Below, in pieces: positions 48,106 through 57,256 of a DNA stretch of 64,000 bases. The stretch's first letter is position 1; each line of letters opens with the position of its first letter. Where the stretch lies: assembly GCA_964499695.1 (NCBI GenBank), contig CAZCMD010000005.1:1710-65709 (forward strand). The letters are read 5' to 3'. The position numbers and the translations under genes were made by a program. The notes under the pieces were generated by a model. That model saw nothing but the letters and a program-made list of their open reading frames with translations. It made no database searches and was not told the origin of the DNA. Source of the DNA: an uncultured Desulfatiglans sp. (GTDB taxonomy: Bacteria > Desulfobacterota > DSM-4660 > Desulfatiglandales > HGW-15).

Positions 48106-48133
48106 TGTAACCTTTTGAACTTCGGTTTTAGTC
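48106..48133 (+). promoter_or_regulatory. ECF-type promoter-like motif P1: TGTAACC-N17-AGTC
   Basis: First unit of a roughly 50-nt direct repeat (aaaatattgtaacc..ttttagtc..agtaacaaataa). Confidence 0.35.
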
Positions 48134-48185
48134 TTATGAAAGTAACAAATAAATTTAGCTTTATTTTTTTAAAAGTAAAAATATT

Positions 48186-48211
48186 TGTAACCTCTGGAAG
48201 ATATTTTAGTC
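48186..48211 (+). promoter_or_regulatory. ECF-type promoter motif P2: TGTAACC-N15-AGTC
   Basis: Second unit of the direct repeat. Lies 32 nt upstream of ATG 48243, which has SD aaggag. Confidence 0.5.
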
Positions 48212-48242
48212 AAAAGTACAAATAACATAAAGGAGAAATAAA

Positions 48243-48641
48243 ATGAACTTTTTACCATTTTTTATACCGATAATATTATTTCTTGTTATAGGCGCTGTTT
48301 TTATTTCCTGGATATATTACAGGTCAAAAGAAAAACAAATGATGATTGAAAAAGGTATGAGCTATGAACAGATGATGGAATTTATGAAGGCTAGAAGAAA
48401 TCCATGTACCGTCTTGAAAACAGGTATTGTAATTGCTGTAAGCGGAATAGGAATTGGATTAGGCAGCTATATAGCTGAAAATTACGGGAACGATGGACTA
48501 GGTGGAATTGCGGCACTTATCATAATAGTTTTTATAGGATTAGGTTTTATCGGGGCATTTTTTGCCACTAAAAAGTACGAAATTGAAAAAAACAACGGGA
48601 GCAGGAGCAGCCGAAAAGACAACGATCCAGCAGGAGAGTGA
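48243..48641 (+). CDS. Small membrane protein (three predicted TM helices)
   Basis: 132 aa with one N-terminal TM helix, an amphipathic segment (EKGMSYEQMMEFMKARRN) and two C-terminal Gly-rich TM helices. Confidence 0.5.
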   Translation: MNFLPFFIPIILFLVIGAVFISWIYYRSKEKQMMIEKGMSYEQMMEFMKARRNPCTVLKTGIVIAVSGIGIGLGSYIAENYGNDGLGGIAALIIIVFIGLGFIGAFFATKKYEIEKNNGSRSSRKDNDPAGE

Positions 48642-48740
48642 AGGCGGAAACCTTTACAAGTCCTGTCGTGTCAATTGTCCGGTTCAGACATGCAGTGATA
48701 CCCAGATACTATGTCCTGTTATCGTTAAAGAAAGGAAAAT

Positions 48741-50828
48741 ATGATGAAAAAGATATCAATGATGTTTGTTGCCATTATGCTTTTTTTTGCCTGCTCTACA
48801 ATTGGTATAGCTCAGGACAATTTCATTCTCGATGTAGAATATTATCCGCCATCTGTAGAATCCGGAAATGTCGCCATTATGTTTTTTGGGGGATCAGAAG
48901 GGGGTATGCCATATCATAATGTTGAACCATATACCGCACAAGGATATCCCTGTCTTAAGGTCGGCTATTTCGGTACGGAGCACACACCGGCTCGTCTGGA
49001 AATGATTCCTCTAGAGTATTTTGAAAATGCGATTGGGATGTTTAAGTCCCAACCTGAAGTAAAAGGAAAAAAAATTGTTGTTATTAGCAGCTCCAAAGGT
49101 GGAGAATTAGCTCTTTTATTGGCTTCAAGGTATAAACAGATAGAGGGAGTAATTGCTATTGTACCGAGTTCAGTTGTTGGTCAAGGTTTGGGTTTATCAT
49201 CAAGCTGGTCATATAAAGGTCAATCTGTCCCGTTTCTCCCGTATCCTGAAATGCCTGACCAAAATACAATATTGAACGGTCAATGGTGTGAGTCATTCAA
49301 GCTATGGCTTACACAGACCGACGTTGTGGAAAAAGCGGTAATCAAAGTAGAACAGATCAATGGCCCTGTTTTAATATTAACAGGGCAGGAAGATTTAATG
49401 TGGCCTTCAAGTAAAATGGGCGAAATGATAACTAAAAGATTAAAAGACAATAAATTTCCCCATTGGTATAAACATTACGCATATGAAAATGCAGGGCATA
49501 CTTTTTACGAGAAAAGTCCAATGGGAGGAACTCCAGAGGGCAATAAAAAGGCAGGAATTGATTCTGAACAAAGAATTTTTGCCTTTCTTAACAGACTATC
49601 CGGGGCCGATGAACAACAGAATCAATCCCTTCAGAATAGTGGGCTTGATACTGAAGCTGAAGAGAGCCTCAGTAAAAAAAGCACGGAGCCAGCCATTGAA
49701 TCGGAACAAAATAACAAAAAAAAATCTTCTGCTGTTGACGGCACGTGGACAGCTACCGCCGATGGACCAGACGGGAATCCGCTTGAGGCGACTTATGAGT
49801 TCGAGGCGATCGGTAAGGAGTTATTCGGGACAGTGAGTACAAGATTGGGAGGCGGTTCATTTAGTGAAGGAAAGATCGACGGGGACAAAATTTCATTTGT
49901 CGCGAGATATGGTGAGACCACTATCGAATGGAACGGTACGGTTTTCGGAGACGAGATAAATTTCACCCAGCGAAACGGGGAGAGAGTAAAACAATTCACC
50001 GCCAAGCGAGCTGTACTACCAACCTTGATTACTTTCAAAGATAAAATAGATGTTGGCGGCTACAAATTGAATATCTGTTGCTTCGGTAAAGGCAAACCGG
50101 CGGTGATCGTTGACGCCGGCAAGGGCGAGCCGGCCGTAGAAAGCGGGTCCTGGACATCTGTGGTCTCGGCGATAGCGCCGACCACACAAGTTTGTCTTTA
50201 TGATCGGGCTGGTTTAGGTTTAAGCGACCGCACTCCTGAACAAGACCTGTCCGGGCGCACGGCTCAGGATATGGTAAAAGATCTGCATACCTTACTGGAG
50301 AAGGCCGATATCCCTGCCCCTTACATTTTGGCAGGTCATTCCCTAGGTGGTTACAATGTCCGTTTGTATGCCAGCCAATATCCGAAGGAGGTTGCTGGAA
50401 TGGTGCTGGTGGATTCTCCACATCCGGATCAATGGTCAAAATTTTCTGCCGCCCTACCTCCCGAACGGCCGGACGAGTCCGAGAGTCTCAGGGCTGTTCG
50501 GTCAATGGCAGATCGCTTAGATCCCAAAGATCCCGAGAAAATTGATTTTGCTACCAGCGGAGCTCAAGTACAGGCGACCGGGTTATTGGGCGATCTGCCC
50601 CTGGTTGTGATCACCTGCGCGTCCGGCACGAATTTTTTTAGCAACCTTCCGACTGATCTCTCAGACAAATTAATGCGGGCCTGGCAAGACATGCAAATTG
50701 ATCTGGCAGGACTTTCCTCGCGCAGTACCCATATTATTGCTTCTCATGCTGGTCATTATATTCAGGCAGAAGAGCCTCAGTTAGTGATTGACGCGATTCT
50801 TAACGTAATAGGCCAGGTGAAAAAGTGA
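48741..50828 (+). CDS. Lipoprotein fusing a BAAT/dienelactone-hydrolase-like domain, a small beta domain and a second alpha/beta hydrolase
   Basis: 695 aa with signal peptide and lipobox-like FFAC. First nucleophile elbow SSSKGGELALLLAS. Low-complexity linker (EQQNQSLQNSGLDTEAEESLSKK..NNKKKSS). GTWTATADG..ISFVARYG beta domain. Second elbow LAGHSLGGYNVRLYA with C-terminal SHAGHYIQ. Confidence 0.75.
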   Translation: MMKKISMMFVAIMLFFACSTIGIAQDNFILDVEYYPPSVESGNVAIMFFGGSEGGMPYHNVEPYTAQGYPCLKVGYFGTEHTPARLEMIPLEYFENAIGMFKSQPEVKGKKIVVISSSKGGELALLLASRYKQIEGVIAIVPSSVVGQGLGLSSSWSYKGQSVPFLPYPEMPDQNTILNGQWCESFKLWLTQTDVVEKAVIKVEQINGPVLILTGQEDLMWPSSKMGEMITKRLKDNKFPHWYKHYAYENAGHTFYEKSPMGGTPEGNKKAGIDSEQRIFAFLNRLSGADEQQNQSLQNSGLDTEAEESLSKKSTEPAIESEQNNKKKSSAVDGTWTATADGPDGNPLEATYEFEAIGKELFGTVSTRLGGGSFSEGKIDGDKISFVARYGETTIEWNGTVFGDEINFTQRNGERVKQFTAKRAVLPTLITFKDKIDVGGYKLNICCFGKGKPAVIVDAGKGEPAVESGSWTSVVSAIAPTTQVCLYDRAGLGLSDRTPEQDLSGRTAQDMVKDLHTLLEKADIPAPYILAGHSLGGYNVRLYASQYPKEVAGMVLVDSPHPDQWSKFSAALPPERPDESESLRAVRSMADRLDPKDPEKIDFATSGAQVQATGLLGDLPLVVITCASGTNFFSNLPTDLSDKLMRAWQDMQIDLAGLSSRSTHIIASHAGHYIQAEEPQLVIDAILNVIGQVKK

Positions 50829-50886
50829 GGAGGGAATAGGTTCACACTGACCCCTTTCTGAATTTATATTATTTAAAGGAGACACA

Positions 50887-52605
50887 ATGGATATATCAAG
50901 CTTAAAAAACAGGGCTGTCTTCGTCTCATTTCTTTTACTGTTGTTTGTTTCCAACGCAGGTTTTGCACAAAACACGGATAGTTCAAAAATTGAGAAAATC
51001 GAAAAAATTTTCGAGAGGTTTGCTCCTGAATCTCCAGGATGCGTATGTGCTGTCAATAAAGGCGGGGAGACCGTCTTTCAAAAGGGCTATGGAATGGCAA
51101 ACCTTGAACTTGATGTGCCCCTTAGTCCTGATTCGGTTTTTTATATTGCTTCAACATCAAAACAGTTTACCGCAGCCAGTATTGCCATGTTATCCCTTTC
51201 AGGAAAAGTATCACTTGATTCCAGTATAAGGGAGCATATTCCTGAAATGCCCGATTATGCTGAAAACATTACTGTAAAAAATCTCCTGCATCATACAAGT
51301 GGAATACGGGACTATTTCTGTTTGTTTATTTTAAAGGGATGGACTGAAAAGGAATATTTTAATAACGCTATGGCTGTTGACCTCATAACAAGGCAGAAGG
51401 GGGTTCTCTTTCCCCCGGGTGAACGGTATGCCTACAGCAATTCAAATTATGTTCTGCTAGCCGAGATTGTTAAAAGAACAAGCAGAAAAACCTTAAATGA
51501 ATACAGTAGAGAAAATATATTTAAACCCCTGGGAATGAATAATACTCATTTTGATGACAACTATGAGGCTATAGTAAAAAACCGTGCCAGCAGTTACGGC
51601 TATAACAATGGAAAATATTTCAGGTATCTTAAGGCATTTGATGGTGTTGGAGATGGAAATCTTTTAACAACAGTCAATGACCTTTTTAAGTGGGGCCAAA
51701 ATTTTAAAGACCATAAATTAGGGGGTAAAGAATTTACCGATCTTTTATTGACCAGGGGAAAACTCAACAACGGTAAGGAACTGGATTACGCCTTCGGTCT
51801 TATGCCGGGGACATATCGCAGACTCGATATTATAAGTCATCGCGGTGGGGGACTCAATGGCTTCAAGACGGATTTTATAAGGTTTCCCGAACAGGATTTT
51901 TCCGTCGCCGTTTTATGTAATGTAGAGGTTGCAAATCCCACTTTAATAGCCCTCCAGGTATCCGATATATTTCTTGATGATATAATGACACCAAAAGAAT
52001 CACCCATGGCTAAGCCAGCAATAGAGCGAAAAGAGATTGATGCAGACTCTTCTATCCTTGATGATTATGTGGGTGAATATTCGATCGTTGGTACTACCAT
52101 GTTCATTACGCTGGACGGTAAACAGTTGACGACCCAGATTACGGGTCAGCCAAAAGATGAAATATTTCCTGAATCAGAAAATAAGTTTTTCCTTAAGGGT
52201 GCAGATGTCCAGTGGGAGTTTAAGCGGAATGAAAATGGTGAGGTAACAGCAGCTATACTGTATCAAGGTGGCCAGGAGATAGAAGCGCCCAAAAAGAAGC
52301 CGACTGTTCCCCTGGCACCTGAGAAACTTAATGAATACACAGGAGTGTTTTACAGTCTGGAGCTTGATATTGAATATACTGTCTCTCTAAAGGATAAAAA
52401 CCTTGTTATTAAATATGCGTATATTGATGATGTCGTTTTAAAATCTTCTGACCCGGATAAGTTTACAGGGGGAACTTCTTGGCTGGGAACTTCTAAGCTG
52501 GAATACATTCGTGATAAAGATAATAAAATAACGGGTTTTAACCTGTCCGCCATGGATATTCAGAATATTGGTTTTACTAAAAAAGGAATAGGGGGTTGTA
52601 ACTAA
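50887..52605 (+). CDS. Serine hydrolase of the beta-lactamase/PBP (class C-like) family with a C-terminal beta domain
   Basis: 572 aa with a signal peptide. SxxK motif ASTSKQF, YxN motif YSNSNY, HRGGG region. Confidence 0.88.
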   Translation: MDISSLKNRAVFVSFLLLLFVSNAGFAQNTDSSKIEKIEKIFERFAPESPGCVCAVNKGGETVFQKGYGMANLELDVPLSPDSVFYIASTSKQFTAASIAMLSLSGKVSLDSSIREHIPEMPDYAENITVKNLLHHTSGIRDYFCLFILKGWTEKEYFNNAMAVDLITRQKGVLFPPGERYAYSNSNYVLLAEIVKRTSRKTLNEYSRENIFKPLGMNNTHFDDNYEAIVKNRASSYGYNNGKYFRYLKAFDGVGDGNLLTTVNDLFKWGQNFKDHKLGGKEFTDLLLTRGKLNNGKELDYAFGLMPGTYRRLDIISHRGGGLNGFKTDFIRFPEQDFSVAVLCNVEVANPTLIALQVSDIFLDDIMTPKESPMAKPAIERKEIDADSSILDDYVGEYSIVGTTMFITLDGKQLTTQITGQPKDEIFPESENKFFLKGADVQWEFKRNENGEVTAAILYQGGQEIEAPKKKPTVPLAPEKLNEYTGVFYSLELDIEYTVSLKDKNLVIKYAYIDDVVLKSSDPDKFTGGTSWLGTSKLEYIRDKDNKITGFNLSAMDIQNIGFTKKGIGGCN

Positions 52606-52691
52606 AAATATATACTTTTGTTAATCAAGGGTGATGTCCTTAAATAATAAAATAACATGACATTGAGAGGGTATTAAGAGAAAGTGCGGAT

Positions 52692-53086
52692 ATGCCAAGA
52701 GTAGCCCGACTAGACACCCCCGGTCTATTGCATCATGTGATGATCAGAGGGATAGAACGTCGCAGGATCTTCAACGATAATGAAGACCGTGAAAACCTTA
52801 TAGGACGGCTTTCTATTCTTCTGCCTGAAACAAAACCCAATGTTATGCCTGGGCGTTCATGCCAAGTCACGCCCATTTTATTCAGAAGCGGCCCTTCAGG
52901 TATTGCCAATCTGATGAAAAGACTTTTAACTGGTTACGCTGTATATTACAGCCAAAGAAGAAGATTACAGACTTGAATAACTAAATATTTAAATATTAAG
53001 GATTATCCTCTTTCGTCACAGCCATTGTATACGCGGTTAGAAGGGGAAGGGAGTTAGCAGAAAGTAACTTATACATGATTGAGTAA
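52692..53086 (+). pseudogene. Decayed IS200-like / REP-associated (Y1, HUH) tyrosine transposase
   Basis: N-terminus MPRVARLDTPGLLHHVMIRGIERRRIFNDNEDRENL carries the HUH motif HHV. Near 52830-52890 the conserved TQCYAWAFMPSHAHFI is readable only in another frame, implying two shifts. The catalytic-Tyr region is missing after about 52950. A C-terminal HTH-like relic VTAIVYAVRRGRELAESN lies at 53006-53086. Confidence 0.65.
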
Positions 53087-53344
53087 GCTGGATTGACATT
53101 TTGAGGTATGTCCCCTAATCCACACTAATAACCTCACAGCGTACTTTAAAATGATCTATTGCGACTTCTCTTTTACCACTCCCCAATTTACCAGGCATTG
53201 GTAGGCATGCTGTGCCTGCTCACCTTCCGTGACCTGCTGGAGATACTGGGAGTAATCTTCGGCTGATTTTTGCCTGTTGCCCATTCCCTCGTATGCATAA
53301 CCCCTGTAAAAAAGGGTATTCGGATTTCCGGGCAGTTTCTTCTG

Positions 53345-54508
53345 CTATAGATTAAAATCTTCAACTGCATTATCAAACTTCTTCAGTTGGATATGCGAAA
53401 GCCCGCTCAGATGGTTTGCCTGTGCCTCATTTGGATATGCCTGCCTGGCCTGCTCTGAAAAATTAAGTGCCTCGCTGTATTTTTTTTGTACATACTGGCA
53501 TTTTGCCATCATTACGAGCCCCGCATAGTCTCCTGGCGCGGCCTTTAATCCCTGCTTAAAAAGGTCTATCGCCTTGTCATATGATTTGGCGGCCATCATT
53601 TCCTCGGCCTTCTGGAAGTTCTCAATCGCAGGTTTAAGCTTTCTAAGACGTGCGGTATTGTCCATGTACCGTTCACGATACAAAGGCTTCCCTTTGGCAT
53701 AACTGAATTCGGTATTGGCGAGTTTAACCGATGTGTCATAACGCTCCTGACTCATCGGGTGGGTGGCAAAAAGAACGGAAGCAATATTTGAGTTTCCTTT
53801 GCTGAGGCTGTTCAGCATGGTTGCAAGCTGTATCGACCCTTCCGCTCCGTAACCATTTTTAACCATATATGTCATGCCCAGATAATCAGCCTCTCTTTCA
53901 TTGTCCCGGCTGTAGCGTGCCAGAAGAGCCCCTGCCCCAAGCATACCCAGCTGACTGGCAAGCTGTCCGTAGGTTTCGTTTTTGGTGCCGGCATATACGC
54001 TGATCCCTCCCGCGACGGCCTGGAGAAGTGTGCCTTTTGACATCTGCTGAGCAGTATGCCTGGCATTGATATGACCCATCTCATGGCCGAGAAGAGCGGA
54101 GAGCGCTGCCTCGCTTTCAAGGGAAAGGAGGATGCCGCGTGTAGCGGCAATGCTCCCTCCCGGAAATGCGTAGGCATTGATATAGGTTGCGTTGACCCCC
54201 TGAAAGGAATATGGCATTTTGGGTCGATGGGTATAGGGGGCCATTTCTGCCCCTACCTCCTGAATATAACTATTTAATGCCGCATCCTGTAATATCCCGT
54301 AGTCTGAGGAAAACTGATGAGGTGAATTTTGCCTGTCGACCTGTATCTCCCACTCCTCGGACACCAGCATCAACTGCTTTTGACCTGTAACCGGATTAAT
54401 CGCACACCCTGCAAGCAGACCGGCTGACGCCAGGGACGATATCCTTATAAAATCACGCCGGCTGTAAAGACCCTGTGATCCCATCCCATGGGTAGAAAAT
54501 ATTGTCAT
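53345..54508 (-). CDS. M48-family zinc metallopeptidase with C-terminal TPR repeats (BepA-like), Tat-like signal plus lipobox
   Basis: Contains the HEMGH motif (LLGHEMGHINARH). N-terminus MTIFSTHGMGSQGLYSRRDFIRISSLASAGLLAGC from ATG 54508. The reading frame stays TPR-like for 62 more codons beyond TAG 53345-53347, down to TAG 53156. Confidence 0.85.
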   Translation of the reverse strand: MTIFSTHGMGSQGLYSRRDFIRISSLASAGLLAGCAINPVTGQKQLMLVSEEWEIQVDRQNSPHQFSSDYGILQDAALNSYIQEVGAEMAPYTHRPKMPYSFQGVNATYINAYAFPGGSIAATRGILLSLESEAALSALLGHEMGHINARHTAQQMSKGTLLQAVAGGISVYAGTKNETYGQLASQLGMLGAGALLARYSRDNEREADYLGMTYMVKNGYGAEGSIQLATMLNSLSKGNSNIASVLFATHPMSQERYDTSVKLANTEFSYAKGKPLYRERYMDNTARLRKLKPAIENFQKAEEMMAAKSYDKAIDLFKQGLKAAPGDYAGLVMMAKCQYVQKKYSEALNFSEQARQAYPNEAQANHLSGLSHIQLKKFDNAVEDFNL

Positions 54509-54542
54509 TCTAAAATTCCTCTTATTTAAGTTCCTGCTATCC

Positions 54543-55196
54543 TCACTGATTCTGAGGGACACGATTCGGATCAACAGAGATTTTTATCTCTACCCGGCGG
54601 TTCTGTGCCTTGCCGTCCGGGGTTTCATTTGAGGCTACCGGTCTGGTTTCACCATATCCGACCGATGAAAGGCTTGCGATATTTAGATTTTTCCCCCTGA
54701 GATAGTATTCTGCAGCCTTCACCCTTTTTTCCGAAAGTGTTTGATTGTATGCCTCAGAACCATCAGAGTCAGTATGGCCTTCCAGTAGAACAATATTTTC
54801 AGGATAATTAGAGAAGACACCGGCCAGCTCATCAAGCTTGGTGGCCTCTGCAGGTTTAATGGCATCTTTATCTACATCAAAATTGATCTTCAGGGTGGCT
54901 TCAATTTTTTGGTTTTCCTGGTCTACCTTAACACTTTCCATGCCCTGAACCTGTTCAAGTTCCTTTGCCTGGTTATCAAGACGTCTTCCTATAAGGGCGC
55001 CTACTGCCCCTCCCACGACTCCGCCAATTACTGCTCCCCCTGTCCTGTGGTCGGATTGATGCCCTATGATCGCGCCAACTGCTGCGCCTGCTGCGGTCCC
55101 AATACCGGCACCTTTTGCCGTTCGTGTGGTTTCACACCCTGTCAGATAACCGAAAATTAAAAATAGAATAATTGACCAACAAAATTTTTTTTTCAT
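54543..55196 (-). CDS. OmpA-family lipoprotein with Gly-zipper N-domain
   Basis: 217 aa with lipobox LTGC, GAGIGTAAGAAVGAIIG and an OmpA-like C-domain (LEGHTDSDGSEAYNQTLSEKRV, NRRVEI). Confidence 0.88.
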   Translation of the reverse strand: MKKKFCWSIILFLIFGYLTGCETTRTAKGAGIGTAAGAAVGAIIGHQSDHRTGGAVIGGVVGGAVGALIGRRLDNQAKELEQVQGMESVKVDQENQKIEATLKINFDVDKDAIKPAEATKLDELAGVFSNYPENIVLLEGHTDSDGSEAYNQTLSEKRVKAAEYYLRGKNLNIASLSSVGYGETRPVASNETPDGKAQNRRVEIKISVDPNRVPQNQ

Positions 55197-55546
55197 GTTT
55201 GAACTCCTTAATTATATGAATTGGACAAAATGAGATGCCCCAAACCAAATAGAGCGGGGCATCTTTAAACGGGCATAAAACCCTGGGCCTTTAAATTGAT
55301 TTCTATTAGTTACTTTTAGATAATGCGCCTCAGCGCTTTAATACTTAAAATCAGTATACCCGAAAAGATACAGTGATTCAAGTTTATGACTTTTTGAAAA
55401 AAATACAAGCATCTTTTTTATAACATTATAGGACTATATAATCTTTATACCTTCTAGGAAGCACTGATAAAATATTGGCTGTTTTTTGAGTTTTTCGTCT
55501 CCAGGGGTGTCGATATAAGTAAACAACGCTACAGGAGGCTGATAAA

Positions 55547-55993
55547 ATGAAAACAAGATCCATATTTACAATAGCTATCGTTACTATACTCATGCTGGTA
55601 TTATCTACCGGGCCTGCATCAGCGGGAAGATATCATCATCATAATAATCATGACCGGTTGAAGGGTGTTGCTATTGGTGTGGGTGCAGCAATACTTGTAA
55701 GTTCATTGATCAACCACAGCAGGGACTATTCATACAGGGAGCCTGAACCCTGCTATGTCCCACCGCCGCCTCCCCAGGAATATGTGCAGCAGGGCGGACA
55801 CTGGGAAATAAGAAAGCAGTGGGTTTCTCCTACGTATAAAAGAGTATGGAACCCGGACCATTATGATGAAAGGGGCGTATGGGTAGAAGGCGCCTGGATA
55901 GATATAGTTGATCAGCCCGGTTACTGGAAAGAAAACAGGATCTGGGTGAGTGCAACCGTATCTGACCACTGGGTTGGCCGCGGGCAGTATTGA
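55547..55993 (+). CDS. Secreted hypothetical protein, His-rich, with W-x-x-G-x-W-like repeats
   Basis: 148 aa with a signal peptide, then RYHHHNNHD and GHWEIRKQWV..GVWVEGAWIDIV..GYWKENRIWV. Confidence 0.45.
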   Translation: MKTRSIFTIAIVTILMLVLSTGPASAGRYHHHNNHDRLKGVAIGVGAAILVSSLINHSRDYSYREPEPCYVPPPPPQEYVQQGGHWEIRKQWVSPTYKRVWNPDHYDERGVWVEGAWIDIVDQPGYWKENRIWVSATVSDHWVGRGQY

Positions 55994-55995
55994 TA

Positions 55996-57036
55996 TTATT
56001 CTATGTTCCCGTGCAGTTTCCGGTAAAGCCCCCTGAACTGATGATATGTGATGCCCAGTTTTTTGGCAGCAATCTTCTGGTTATGCTTTGCAGTCTTAAG
56101 GGCATTGTTAATCAGTTGTATCTGAAGCTCATTGACTGCTTCAGTAAGGGTTTTATCGGAAAAGAGGTTGAATGAGGGCTCTTTTTTTACCGGTTCTTCT
56201 ACCTCTTCCTCATCATTGCATTCAACAGATTCATATGGCGATGAAAACGGGTCAAAGTTGATTTCCGATATGACAGTTGAACTTGCCCTGTATACCGCCC
56301 TTTCAACCAGGTTTTTAAGCTCCCTCACATTTCCGGGCCAGTCATAATTTTCAAGTGCCTTTATCGCCTCCAGGCTGAATCTGGGGATCCCCTGCCTTTC
56401 CAGTTCATAAGCCATCCTGGATGCAAAGTGGTTGGCGAGGAGCATGATATCCTCTTTCCTCTCTCTCAACGGTGGCAGAAACAGTATTTCAAATGAGAGC
56501 CTGTCCAGAAGGTCCCTCTTAAATTTCCCGTGTGATACCATGCGAATGAGATCAGCGTTTGTAGCTGCTATGATTCGTACATCCACCTCAATGGCTGTAG
56601 AATCCCCGACCCTTTCAAACTGGCCGTATTCAACAACCCTGAGTATCTTCTCCTGCACCTCCATTGGAATGGTCCCGATTTCATCCAGAAACAGGGTGCC
56701 GCCATCAGCCGCCTCAAACCTTCCGGACCTGCGCTGGTTGGCCCCTGTAAATGCCCCCTTTTCATAACCGAAGAGTTCAGACTCAATAAGAGTAGGGTTC
56801 AGGGCAGAGCAATTAAGGGCTATAAACGGCCCCTGCCACCGCTTTGAAAGGTAGTGCAGCCTGGATGCGGCAAGCTCCTTCCCTGTGCCCCTTTCCCCAA
56901 GCAGGAGGACCGGCCTGTTTATAGGGGCCACCCTGGCTAATAGCTCCTGGAATTCAATAAATTTTTCAGATTGACCAAACGCCTCACCGGTTTTTACAGG
57001 GCTTTTACCTGCGACCCTCTGTTTTGCAAGTACCAT
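55996..57036 (-). CDS. pspF: Sigma-54-dependent activator PspF (no N-terminal regulatory domain)
   Basis: 346 aa. The AAA+ domain starts near the N-terminus ([18 protein letters not shown]). C-terminal Fis-type HTH. Divergent from pspA. Confidence 0.9.
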   Translation of the reverse strand: MVLAKQRVAGKSPVKTGEAFGQSEKFIEFQELLARVAPINRPVLLLGERGTGKELAASRLHYLSKRWQGPFIALNCSALNPTLIESELFGYEKGAFTGANQRRSGRFEAADGGTLFLDEIGTIPMEVQEKILRVVEYGQFERVGDSTAIEVDVRIIAATNADLIRMVSHGKFKRDLLDRLSFEILFLPPLRERKEDIMLLANHFASRMAYELERQGIPRFSLEAIKALENYDWPGNVRELKNLVERAVYRASSTVISEINFDPFSSPYESVECNDEEEVEEPVKKEPSFNLFSDKTLTEAVNELQIQLINNALKTAKHNQKIAAKKLGITYHQFRGLYRKLHGNIE

Positions 57037-57201
57037 AATGCTCCTTTCAATTAAGTAATGCAGTTTATAGATTGCCGAAAAGCTAAAAAAGCTATTTGAT
57101 GGTTTTTTTTGCTAATTGGTGGGGGATATTACCACTGGCCAATTTTGGTGTCAAGCCTGTAATTCATTGAAATATCAAGAATATTCTTAATATTTTATGT
57201 T

Positions 57202-57217
57202 TGGCATGGATCATGCT
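57202..57217 (+). promoter_or_regulatory. Sigma-54 promoter of pspA
   Basis: TGGCAtggatcaTGCT with GG (57203-57204) and GC (57215-57216) separated by 10 nt. Lies about 40 nt upstream of ATG 57257. Confidence 0.75.
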
Positions 57218-57256
57218 CATATGAAAGACAAAACAATAAACTGAGGAGGATTTGAT

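Noticed and set aside
53345-53347. Pyrrolysine decoding of the in-frame TAG in the M48 gene
   Set aside because: There are no pyl genes or tRNA-Pyl in the window. TAG is used as an ordinary stop by several neighbouring genes (kdsC, the M23 peptidase, the nagB fusion, pspC). The protein is not a methylamine methyltransferase. It is kept only as a low-probability alternative under the TAG finding.
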